A stretch of 32,000 bases of DNA from Staphylothermus marinus F1 (GTDB lineage Archaea > Thermoproteota > Thermoprotei_A > Sulfolobales > Desulfurococcaceae), in the NCBI RefSeq assembly GCF_000015945.1, contig NC_009033.1, positions 330,001 to 362,000 of the forward strand, written 5' to 3'. This document shows, in pieces, positions 16,347 to 25,113 of this stretch. The notes beneath the pieces are model-generated. The model saw only the letters and a program-made list of their open reading frames with translations, did not search any database and was not told where the DNA came from. How positions within the stretch are numbered: the stretch's first letter is position 1; each line of letters starts with the position of its first letter. The translations under genes and the position numbers were made by a program.

Positions 16347-17000
16347 GAGAATACTCCTCGATACCTCGTTCCTGCTCCCAATACTAGGCTTTGAAACATC
16401 TGAGAGGATAATGAATACATTCTATAAGCTAGGTTCTTATAAGCTCTACTATAATGAGATAAGTATACTTGAAGCCCTATGGAAAATAATAAAGGTAATT
16501 AGAGGCAGAGATGAAGAAGTTTCACGTATTAGGCAAGGGGTTAGATCAATTATTGAGACTATTTGCTTATTTGGATATTATGGTTGTTTTGATAGATTGG
16601 CGGGGTTCGTTTTATAAATCCTCACTAATATAATGGTTAATGATTTGGGAAATGCAGATGAAGGGCTCATGGTGGTCTTGGTGGAGCCCCGATAACCCCC
16701 TCCGTGAAGGGATGAAGCCCCAACCCAAGAGGGGGAAGCCCGTGCAAATAATATCCAAAACAACCAAAAGATAAAGCACGGGCAACCACAATGAATCATG
16801 TACCCATAGATGATGAATCTATAGGTAACGCCATATACATGTATAGGTTGGGCCACAGAGATATGATAGATAACCTGCTATACTCGATAACTCTATCAAG
16901 AAAGCTTAAACTCCTAACAGTTGATGAAGAGCTTATAGGTTTTATAGAAAAACACAACTTACCAAGAAATAATATTATAACTCCCGAACAACTAGACTGA
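16333..17000 (+). pseudogene. vapC: PIN-domain toxin (VapC-like) split into two frames by an insert of about 230 bp
   Basis: The N-terminal part (ATG 16333, MRNNKRILLDTSFLLP...EISILEA...) carries the first PIN acidic residues and ends at a stop at 16615-16617. The C-terminal part (open from 16752, ...PIDDESIGNAIYMYRLGHRDMIDNLLYSITLSRKLKLLTVDEEL...) carries the distal acidic residues but is in a different frame. Confidence 0.6.
16661..16783. other. GC-rich hairpin-rich insert: candidate structured RNA or miniature mobile element
   Basis: 16661-16745 is about 64% GC by hand count (54/85) in a mid-30s % GC window. Three consecutive perfect stems: GGGCTC 16663-16668 with GAGCCC 16684-16689; CCCCCTC 16696-16702 with GAGGGGG 16729-16735; GCCCGTGC 16738-16745 with GCACGGGC 16776-16783. 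Confidence 0.45.
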
Positions 17001-17323
17001 ACTAAATAAAATAATATGTACAAATGCCAATAGAATATTATGAAAAGCTTAACCCGGCTAGAATAAAACCTAAAGCATTAAAGGTTTTGGATAAATTAGT
17101 AAATGAACTAGAAAAGGATCAAACATAAAAATTTCTTAAGAACTTATTATCTTTAAACACAGCTTATTCCATTGAATCATTTTCTTTTTATTAGGAAGAT
17201 ATTTCTGAACAATTGTTCTGCTAAAACTATGCTAATTTATTATCTTTCCAAGACTATTAAGGGCTACGGCGAAAACACGTATTCTATAGTTTTGAATATA
17301 GTCTCCTAATGAACTCGCCTTCC

Positions 17324-17521
17324 TTAATGTTTATATCTTGTGGTTTTCATCCTGGCTTCCACTATTTTTTCTCTTAGGATGACTATGTTTTGGTATATTT
17401 GAAAAACTAGTCCTTGCTCGATTTTTTTGTTTGGTTTTATTCTTGTTAGGAAGGATTCTATTTTGTCTACTAGATCTATTGCTTCATCCAATATTTCTTC
17501 TATATCCTTGTCTTTACTCAT
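17324..17521 (-). CDS. Small helical protein (65 aa), probably co-transcribed with the cas6 paralog
   Basis: Its start overlaps the cas6b stop region by 8 nt (17514-17521). Charged, helical-looking sequence. No recognisable family. Confidence 0.45.
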   Translation of the reverse strand: MSKDKDIEEILDEAIDLVDKIESFLTRIKPNKKIEQGLVFQIYQNIVILREKIVEARMKTTRYKH

Positions 17522-18413
17522 TGGATTGAATCACCTTTATTGTTACGTGTCCAAAACCGTTTGCTCTACTTGTTCCTATACCCATTATTGATGCGTGCAA
17601 TAATATGTTTTCTAATAAATGTTTAGCTTTAGTCTCAGCTAGGAGATCCCAGTCTATCATGTATTTTGCATAACCTATTATTCCTGGAAGAGACTTGTTT
17701 CCATAAACATATTTTACAGGCTTAACTGTTTCTAGCACAGTATATGTTTCATTAAGTAATGCATTCACTAGAATAACAACCTCAATATATTCCTTATCAC
17801 GTGTAAGCCTTAATAAGTCGCCTATGTTGTATGAGAAAACATTTCCAGGTGTAGGAAGAAACCTCTTATATCTAGTCTTCTTATAGGGGTCTAGGAGGAG
17901 TGCGGGAGTTCTAAACTCCACCTTCACAGCTATAGCATCATCTAAACGATAATCCAGCGGGATCTCTTCAGGCTTTGCTGGGAGCTTATATGATTCAATA
18001 TTATATTCAAGCAGTGACCACTTGGTATTGAAAAGTTTTAATCCATCAAGACTAGTTAGGGCTTCGATCATTTTAGATGCAATATCCTCTGTGAAACCAA
18101 CCCAGAACTCAACAGTATCTCCAGGATCAACTTTTAAAACAATATCGCTACCGCTTTTCTTCCATAAATACAAATATTTATTATTAACCCGCTTAGCAAG
18201 TGTAGATATAGCTATTGGTTTAGGATTATAGTTTGATGAGAAAACATCTTCTAAACCAGGCTCTGCATTGATTAGAAGTGTTTTAACAACTTTACCAGTA
18301 TATGGAGGGAGAACAGCTTCTCCCTTCACCTCTAATACAATATGTGCTTTATAATATGTTCTGGGAGAGGCGGAGTAAAGAAGTCTTGAACCAATTATAT
18401 CTGTTATAAGCAT
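17514..18413 (-). CDS. cas6: Second Cas6 paralog (cas6b), not adjacent to any array
   Basis: 299 aa, colinear with the 7613-8503 product. Shared blocks include AVLPP[FY]TGKVVK[ST]LLI and the C-terminal loop G[AI]G[ST]SRA.G[LF]GH[IV].IK. Confidence 0.85.
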   Translation of the reverse strand: MLITDIIGSRLLYSASPRTYYKAHIVLEVKGEAVLPPYTGKVVKTLLINAEPGLEDVFSSNYNPKPIAISTLAKRVNNKYLYLWKKSGSDIVLKVDPGDTVEFWVGFTEDIASKMIEALTSLDGLKLFNTKWSLLEYNIESYKLPAKPEEIPLDYRLDDAIAVKVEFRTPALLLDPYKKTRYKRFLPTPGNVFSYNIGDLLRLTRDKEYIEVVILVNALLNETYTVLETVKPVKYVYGNKSLPGIIGYAKYMIDWDLLAETKAKHLLENILLHASIMGIGTSRANGFGHVTIKVIQSNE

Positions 18414-18507
18414 ATATAAACACCAATAATGAGGTAGTACTTGTTACAAACAATATAATATATATGAATAATAGATAAAAATTATCACATCTAGACAAAC
18501 TTAACAA

Positions 18508-19650
18508 TTACTGAGCAGGAATATTGGATGGCGGAACCTCTTCGTTACTCATGCTTTTAAGTTCCTTCAACTTATTAACCGATCTATGGAATACATAGAT
18601 TACTCCACCAACAAGAACTGCTGTAATAGACAACAATATTATTATTCTCCAATCAATACTTGGACTAACTTGTTGAGTAGCAATATTAATGTCTTTATCA
18701 AGCATAAACCCTAAATCAATAGTTTTTGGTTCCCCTGGCTTAACAGCTAATATATTATAAGAGCTTTTCTGCTCAGCAGGTATTATTGATAAGCTTAATT
18801 CTTCACTCTTATAGAGTATGATAAGATAGCCGGGCCTATCACCATTATTAGTAACATTTATAGCTGTAGAACCTTTAAAGCCCTTAACAACTATGTTTGC
18901 TCCAGGCAGTCCTCCAGCAAGTATTTTAGCTTTACCTAGATCCTCTTCTAAACTAGTAGCTTTAGCGGGAAGATTTGTTTCGAGTGTTTCAAGCTTATAT
19001 ATTAATTCACCCGAAGACTCAGAACCTTTCACGTTCATGTCTAGATACATATATAGGGGTTGCAGGGTCCCCATGTGTAGATATGTTTCTCCTTCTGCTT
19101 CAAATATTCTACCTTGATCACTTATGTTCATTGAAACTTTATACTTGTACACGGGTAATCCATTATATGTATCCATGCCTAGATAAGATATATTGTAATA
19201 CGTTGTTAACCCGCTTAAAGGTATATTAAAAGTTCTAGATACTGCTCCCATTGTTTCTCCACCACTAAACGAACCCTTATAGTATTCGTCTAAATCTATA
19301 TCTACACTATACTCTAGCTTCTCAGTGTTTTCACTTGATCCACTAGGTGAGAACGTTGTTGTCGTTGTCGATGTGCCCGATGCTAGGGAGGCAGTAATCT
19401 TCTCAATACTAATCGTTACATGTACGGTGTCTTGTGAAGTCATTGTTGCATTATAGAGTATAACCACTTCGCTGTGCATAGAAAGATTAACATTAGTAGA
19501 TATGTCTAGGGTGAACAAGTATTTAACATAATAACTTGAATCCTCATCACTAATAACAGGTGTTACCACACCAGTAGGTATTAGTGATAATATTATTCCC
19601 ATAAATAATAATATAAGTATCTTATTCGACAACATATTATTTTCCACCAC
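18508..19650 (-). CDS. Secreted, membrane-anchored protein of unknown function
   Basis: 380 aa. Hydrophobic N-terminal signal/TM (ILILLFMGIILSLIP), a C-terminal TM (WRIIILLSITAVLVGGVIYVF) with a short cytoplasmic tail, and a Ser/Thr-rich patch (GTSTTTTTFSPSGSS). Confidence 0.65.
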   Translation of the reverse strand: MVENNMLSNKILILLFMGIILSLIPTGVVTPVISDEDSSYYVKYLFTLDISTNVNLSMHSEVVILYNATMTSQDTVHVTISIEKITASLASGTSTTTTTFSPSGSSENTEKLEYSVDIDLDEYYKGSFSGGETMGAVSRTFNIPLSGLTTYYNISYLGMDTYNGLPVYKYKVSMNISDQGRIFEAEGETYLHMGTLQPLYMYLDMNVKGSESSGELIYKLETLETNLPAKATSLEEDLGKAKILAGGLPGANIVVKGFKGSTAINVTNNGDRPGYLIILYKSEELSLSIIPAEQKSSYNILAVKPGEPKTIDLGFMLDKDINIATQQVSPSIDWRIIILLSITAVLVGGVIYVFHRSVNKLKELKSMSNEEVPPSNIPAQ

Positions 19651-19873
19651 AAAAACAAAAACTATTCTTAATCCTATATAATCCTACTGGTCATCCGTAC
19701 ATTGTTTTATATAGGCTCTCCTCTAGTATTAGGTTTTCATCATCCATTAAAGATGCTATTAGACTCCATATCAGCTTTATGAAGCTTTAAAGGAAATATA
19801 GTATACGTTCTATTCAAAGTTTCTAAAATAATTCTAGCATAAATAAGAAAAAATCGTCAAAAAATATTAAGAA

Positions 19874-20581
19874 CTATTTTCCCTCCTTTAACTTGATGAA
19901 TTCCTCAATAATTTTGTCTCCAGTGCTTGTCCCTATGCGTGATGCTCCTGCATCAATCATTGCTAATGCGTCTAGAGCGTGTCTTATACCTCCTGCAGCT
20001 TTAACTTTTATTCTCCCCTTAGCAACTCTATATAGTAATGCTACATCATGTATTGTAGCACCACCTGCTAAGAACCCTGTGGAAGTCTTAACATAGTCCG
20101 CTCCACTCTCAACTACAAGCTCTGTAGCCTTAACTTTTTCTTCATCACTCAACAAACCAGTTTCAATAATGACTTTAACTACACCAATATTATTTTTCCT
20201 AGCCTCCAATACAACATGCTTCATATCATCCAATACACGATCATAGTCTCCGCTCTTAAAATAATTAATATTCATAACCATATCAACTTCGGAAGCACCA
20301 GCTTGAGCAGCTAAACGAGTCTCTAAAACCTTAGCTCCAGCAAAAGTATTCCCCAACGGGAAACCAATAACAGTAGCCAACCTAATCGTATTACCAGCAA
20401 TCTCACGAGCCTTCAACAATAAACTAGGCGGAAGCATTAACACTGCAAAACCATACCTCCTAGTATCCTCAACATATTTCTCCAACAACTTATAATCAGC
20501 ATAAGGCTTCAACAAAGTATGATCAATCATAGAAGCAAACTCCTTAACACTAAGCTTCTCAACAAGCGAACCAACACCCAT
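19874..20581 (-). CDS. deoC: Deoxyribose-phosphate aldolase
   Basis: DeoC-type TIM-barrel sequence (DHTLLKP..., VIGFPLG, VDMVMNI, DYVKTSTGF with the Schiff-base Lys context, KAAGGIR). I place the start at the ATG at 20581 (MGVGSLVEKL). The longer ORF to 20767 runs into the CRISPR leader. Confidence 0.85.
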   Translation of the reverse strand: MGVGSLVEKLSVKEFASMIDHTLLKPYADYKLLEKYVEDTRRYGFAVLMLPPSLLLKAREIAGNTIRLATVIGFPLGNTFAGAKVLETRLAAQAGASEVDMVMNINYFKSGDYDRVLDDMKHVVLEARKNNIGVVKVIIETGLLSDEEKVKATELVVESGADYVKTSTGFLAGGATIHDVALLYRVAKGRIKVKAAGGIRHALDALAMIDAGASRIGTSTGDKIIEEFIKLKEGK

Positions 20582-20681
20582 AACACACCACCCCATAACT
20601 ATAAAATATAGCATCAAAACATATAAAACCACACCAAACACAAAACCAAGAAAAAAACACATACAAAACCAATGGAAACTG

Positions 20682-20839
20682 GTCGAATATTTTTCATTAT
20701 ACAAACTCGTCAAGGGGTCAGAGATACTATTAAACCAATAGAAAATCACTCGAACATGATCAATCAAGGATCAAATATGGAAAAACATATATAACATTTC
20801 GAACAAAAAAGATAAATGTAGCAAAGTATTCGAACCAAT
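20682..20839 (+). promoter_or_regulatory. CRISPR leader of array 4
   Basis: Fourth copy of the conserved leader and the most diverged. Ends with the half-repeat GTAGCAAAGTA directly before the first repeat. Confidence 0.8.
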
Positions 20840-21179
20840 GTAACAACATAGAAAGAATTGAAAGCGCTGGAGACTGGGTCTATGTGATACTGTGGAGATC
20901 TCCCGTAACAACATAGAAAGAATTGAAAGAGCTAGGGGGGATATAGCACCAGATACTCCTATATCCTCAGTAACAACATAGAAAGAATTGAAAGATTATA
21001 TATATTGTTTGGTATACATTTACTATTTTTAATGTAACAACATAGAAAGAATTGAAAGTCGAACCATATAGACATTCTCCCATTCGCACTAACTGTAAAG
21101 TAACAACACAGAAAGAATTGAAAGCATTGCAGTTATCGCATTGAGCACTTACTGGTAACAACATTAAAAGAATTGAAAG
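20840..21179 (+). CRISPR. CRISPR array 4: 6 repeats, 5 spacers, no adjacent cas genes
   Basis: Repeat GTAACAACATAGAAAGAATTGAAAG starts at 20840, 20905, 20970, 21034, 21100 and 21155. The last two are degenerate (ACACAG; ACATTAAAAG). The last spacer is only 30 bp, against 39-41 bp for the others. Confidence 0.95.
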
Positions 21180-21337
21180 AAATATTGACTAGAGGTATGA
21201 TCATTATTGGGGAGAAAGATGAAGTAATGAAGTGTTTTGATCGGGTGCTTGGGGAAAGATGTGTAGTGTTTTTTGTATTGTGTGGGGTTTATTGTTTTAT
21301 TGTTTAGGGTTTTGAGTTTGTTTGTTAGAATATTAGT

Positions 21338-22621
21338 TTATGTGTGTTGGTTTAGTAGTTTTATGATTTTTGGCAGCATTTCCCATCCATGAGGTATTAT
21401 TCCTAGTTTTCCTTTTCTGCATTCTTTTTCTGTTAGTTTTGTTGTTTGGTCTGGCTGTATTGTTTCTGCCATTACTGCTACGGGGACTGGATCATCTGTG
21501 TGTGCTCCTATAGATGGGGGTGTTGCGTGGTCTGCTGTTACTAGTATTGCTGTGTTACTACTCATTTTTTCTAGGAATGGTTGGACAAAGTATTTATCTA
21601 TATCTTCTATTCTCTTCTTTTTCAACTCTATGTTTCCATCGTGTCCTGGTTCATCTGGTCCTTTTAGGTGTACATAGACTATATCATATTTTTTAAGTGC
21701 TTCCAATGATTTCTCGAGTCTAACACTATATACCTCACTGGGATCTCCTATTGGTGGTTCTAACGCTATTGTGTCTGCTCCAAATATTCTACCAATCCCT
21801 ATTTCTACAGGCATTTCAGCTAAGACCGCAAATTTTAAACCATATTTTATGGGTAATGGAGTTGTTTTGGGTAGTGTTCCCCCAGCGTCTCGGAGCAGGA
21901 TAGCGTTTCCAGGCAATAAACCCTTTTCTTTCCTCTTAATGTTTACTGGGTGCTTATCTAGTATTTCAATTGTTTTCTCCGTGAAAATATTTGCTAGCTC
22001 AGCTGTTCTCTTAGCTTCTTCTGTGTTTTCGAGAGCTTCGACAGGTTTAATATATGGTTCGAACTCTTTAACTGCAATATTCAATAATCCTTTACGAATA
22101 TATGCTGGATCACTGTTGCTAACATATGGGCTTAACCTATATTTATCACTGCTAATAACAACAACTGCTCTATGACCAATAGTGGCTTTAACTCTTGCAT
22201 ATCCATCATATTTTCCAAGATCAAGACCGTCAACAGCTTTAGCAAGCTCGTTGGCTTCTTCAGTGGATAAGCTTCTGCCAACCCTTCTATCAATTAATTT
22301 CTTAGTCTTGGGATCAACTGTTGCGAAATTAGCTCTAAAAGCTACCTCATAGCCCTCCCTAATACTTAGCCCAGCACCAACTGCTTCAATAACCCCCCTA
22401 CCAGGATATACTTCGTGAGGATTATATCCAAGAATAGATATAACTGCTTCATCGCTTTCAGGAGCCACACCCTTCCCAACAGTATACATTAAACCGCAAA
22501 CACCATTACGAGCAATATAGTCTAATCCAGGCTTCACAGCAAGTTCCAACGTAGTAGCTGGGTCATCTAGTCTATCAGCCATACCATCTAGGACAAGATA
22601 TAATAATTTCTTAACCGACAT
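21338..22621 (-). CDS. apgM: Cofactor-independent phosphoglycerate mutase, archaeal type
   Basis: 427 aa. N-terminus LYLVLDGMADR, an HLKGPDEPGHDG metal-site region and VTADHATP are typical of archaeal ApgM (alkaline phosphatase superfamily). Confidence 0.85.
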   Translation of the reverse strand: MSVKKLLYLVLDGMADRLDDPATTLELAVKPGLDYIARNGVCGLMYTVGKGVAPESDEAVISILGYNPHEVYPGRGVIEAVGAGLSIREGYEVAFRANFATVDPKTKKLIDRRVGRSLSTEEANELAKAVDGLDLGKYDGYARVKATIGHRAVVVISSDKYRLSPYVSNSDPAYIRKGLLNIAVKEFEPYIKPVEALENTEEAKRTAELANIFTEKTIEILDKHPVNIKRKEKGLLPGNAILLRDAGGTLPKTTPLPIKYGLKFAVLAEMPVEIGIGRIFGADTIALEPPIGDPSEVYSVRLEKSLEALKKYDIVYVHLKGPDEPGHDGNIELKKKRIEDIDKYFVQPFLEKMSSNTAILVTADHATPPSIGAHTDDPVPVAVMAETIQPDQTTKLTEKECRKGKLGIIPHGWEMLPKIIKLLNQHT

Positions 22622-22985
22622 CCCAATAAATCACCTCATTATTATGTATTAACACGTAAACAACATATTTTAAAAATTATTAGTGGCGATTAACCTATGA
22701 TAAAGAATCTAATAGACTAATAGATATTCTGGAAAACAATATATAAATAGCTTGGTTAACCGAACAATTTTCCGGATGGATTATCTTTGATTAGTAAAAG
22801 ACTCAGGATTTAACAAAAAATATTTGGATAAACAAGAGTTAAGCCTAAATAAGTGTTCGAAAAAATCTTGGTATAATTAAGGTGATAAGGGATGTGTTTT
22901 AACGAGTAAAACAAGACTCCAATTCTCCCAAACCTATTCTAAGACTCTATTCTCGAAATATAGGAGAACCATTCTATTAAAACAT

Positions 22986-24239
22986 TTGAAACAATACAGA
23001 GATAGTAGTGTAGTAGAGATCATTGCTTGGATCGCTGATAAGATGGGAGATAAATTAATGCTCAGAGATCCTAGCGGGATAGAATCGTTCAGTATAAAAG
23101 GTATAGGTTCTGAAGAGATTAAGAGTCTTCCCCTAGAGACACTACTATGGATTAAAGGTATAGTTGTAGATGATACTATTATCGTTAGTGATTACAAGGT
23201 TATCCATAAACCCGTCAAGGAGAGAATAGTCGATTATACAAGAATAGATAATGTTGAATTATCAGATTACGCTAGGCATTACGCATGGTATTTTAGAAAC
23301 TCAATAATATCTTCCACTATAAAATTACTATCATATGTTACAAGGTATAGTAGGGAGAACCTATATAGTAAAGGCTTCATAGAGCTATTACCGCCGATGA
23401 TCAGCTTAGCCAGTGATCCAGGGCTTAGAGGTGCAAAGAAACTAAAAACAAAATATTATGGAGAAACATATGAGTTGACAAGCAGTGTTATAATGTTTAA
23501 ACAAGCATCTGTAGCTGTCTATGAAAAAGTATTCTTTACAGCAAGAAACATTCGTGAAGAACCACCGGAAAACATATGGACAGGTAGGCACTTATCCGAA
23601 TTTACTCAATTAGATATTGAATGGGCTATGAGCGATTTAGAAGATGTAATAAGGTTGGCTGAGGAACTACTATATACTGTATCTAAGATTATTGCTGATA
23701 AACACATTGATCTAATATACGATATTGGTGAGAGAAAAGAACCAATAATACTTAAACCACCATTTCCCAGGATAAGATATGATGAAGCATTAGAATTAGC
23801 CAGGAAACTTGGAGAACCCGTTGAGTGGGGTAAAGAATTAACACATAAAGCAGAAACAAAAATTGCAGAATACTATGATTCACCAGTATGGATTATAGGA
23901 TATCCTGTTATAAGCCGTGGATTCTACTATTTACCAGACCCCGATGATCCAAGATATAACTTAGACTTCAACCTATTATTACCAGAGGGGTACGGTGAAG
24001 TAATAGATGGTGGAACCAGAGAATATAGATATCCGCAAATCATTGAGAGAATAAAGAAGCTGGGCGAACCCCTCGATAAATATGAGTGGTTCATAGAACT
24101 AGTTAAGGAGGGCGGGATACCTCCTAGCAGTGGTTGGGGATTAGGATTAGAGAGACTAACAAGGTACTTGGCAGGACATAAGCATGTAGGATATGCAACT
24201 ATATTCCCCAAACTACCTGGAATAACTGGGACCCCGTAA
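22986..24239 (+). CDS. Class II aminoacyl-tRNA synthetase paralog (Asp/Asn/Lys subclass IIb), divergent
   Basis: 417 aa. N-terminal OB-like segment, motif 2-like region (ARNIREEPPENIWTGRHLSEFTQLDIEWA) and motif 3 (GWGLGLERLTRYL). TSSVIMFKQ replaces the usual QSPQ-type amino-acid pocket motif. TTG start. Confidence 0.7.
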   Translation: MKQYRDSSVVEIIAWIADKMGDKLMLRDPSGIESFSIKGIGSEEIKSLPLETLLWIKGIVVDDTIIVSDYKVIHKPVKERIVDYTRIDNVELSDYARHYAWYFRNSIISSTIKLLSYVTRYSRENLYSKGFIELLPPMISLASDPGLRGAKKLKTKYYGETYELTSSVIMFKQASVAVYEKVFFTARNIREEPPENIWTGRHLSEFTQLDIEWAMSDLEDVIRLAEELLYTVSKIIADKHIDLIYDIGERKEPIILKPPFPRIRYDEALELARKLGEPVEWGKELTHKAETKIAEYYDSPVWIIGYPVISRGFYYLPDPDDPRYNLDFNLLLPEGYGEVIDGGTREYRYPQIIERIKKLGEPLDKYEWFIELVKEGGIPPSSGWGLGLERLTRYLAGHKHVGYATIFPKLPGITGTP

Positions 24240-24247
24240 AAAGTTAT

Positions 24248-24994
24248 TCAGCGATGCGGTAATTTGCCGGTTAGAAGTAGCTGTTTCAGAAAGGAATAGT
24301 ATGGATCAGGTATTTTTAGCTCCTCATATCTCCTAATAATTTTTTCAACAGGATACTTTTTTCTCTTTAAAATAACTGTGTCGTTCTCGACTACAGCATA
24401 TCCAGCCCTTGGATCACCATCTCTTGGCTGACCAATGCTTCCCGGATTAATTACTTGTATGGAATCTATTGTTAACATGAACTGTACATGTGTGTGTCCA
24501 ACATAGATCCTCTCATACCGGTGTTTGCCACTGGTTTTTCCAAAAACATATTTTCGGCCAATTACTGCTCGTAAGATTTTCTCTATTATTTCCTCGTATC
24601 CAATCCATGGATATAAATAGTCATATAAGGGATTAGATGGTGATCCATGCACATATAATGCATTGTCTTTTTCAATAAATAACGGTAGTTTCGCCAAGTA
24701 TTCTTTATCATTACTACTCAACAATTTATTGGTTATATTTTCTCTAAACCATACACTAACCCAGTGTGTAGCTTCGCCGCATCTACAATCAACTCCGTAT
24801 CCAACAGCGTGGTCATGGTTTCCACGAATAATTCTGGCTCCAATAGTTCTCAAAACATCTATTACTTCTCCCGGGTAAGGACCATAATCTACTAGGTCTC
24901 CGAGAACAATCACTTCATCATATACTTCATTATCTAATATTGTTTGGAGAGCTGGTAGGTTTCCGTGTATATCGCTTATTAGTAATTTCTTCAT
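24248..24994 (-). CDS. Calcineurin-like metallophosphoesterase
   Basis: 248 aa. Contains SDIHGN, GDLVDYGP, RGNHD and GHTH in the canonical order. Confidence 0.85.
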   Translation of the reverse strand: MKKLLISDIHGNLPALQTILDNEVYDEVIVLGDLVDYGPYPGEVIDVLRTIGARIIRGNHDHAVGYGVDCRCGEATHWVSVWFRENITNKLLSSNDKEYLAKLPLFIEKDNALYVHGSPSNPLYDYLYPWIGYEEIIEKILRAVIGRKYVFGKTSGKHRYERIYVGHTHVQFMLTIDSIQVINPGSIGQPRDGDPRAGYAVVENDTVILKRKKYPVEKIIRRYEELKIPDPYYSFLKQLLLTGKLPHR

Positions 24995-25113
24995 TCAATG
25001 CTCACCTTCTAGTATAAGTATTTTATGTCAATAATTAAATTGCTTAGAAAATATTATGCTTTATAGGTAAAATTTTCATATATGATATTACTTTATATAT
25101 TTCTGGTAGTGCT

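Noticed and set aside
16661-16790. The GC-rich element as a tRNA, C/D-box sRNA or H/ACA sRNA
   Set aside because: I could not fold a cloverleaf on either strand: there is no T-loop GTTCRA-type sequence and no 7-bp acceptor pairing. The GATGATGA at about 16809 lies in the PIN coding part and has no suitably spaced CTGA D box. The hairpins lack an obvious K-turn or pseudouridylation pocket, although ACA occurs at 16788-16790. The class is left open.
16578-16856. Minus-strand 92-aa ORF across the GC-rich insert
   Set aside because: It is open only because GC-rich sequence lacks stops. It spans the junction of the split PIN gene and has no start context or recognisable domain.
17001-17323. Searched for a degraded array or leader next to the cas6 paralog
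   Set aside because: I saw no copy of the 25-bp repeat, half-repeat or TTCGAA motif series. There is only a 34-codon ORF (17024-17128), too short to support.
20582-20767. N-terminal extension of the deoC ORF to 20767
   Set aside because: The extension runs through the A/C-skewed tract into the conserved CRISPR leader, and adds a nonsense hydrophobic peptide. DeoC homology begins after the internal ATG at 20581.
21514-22175. Plus-strand ORFs 21514-21696 and 21771-22175, and similar antisense ORFs inside cas, sat, permease and carboxyltransferase genes (for example 25188-25424 and 31525-31773)
   Set aside because: Each lies fully within, and antisense to, a well-supported gene with clear family motifs. 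No independent evidence supports them.
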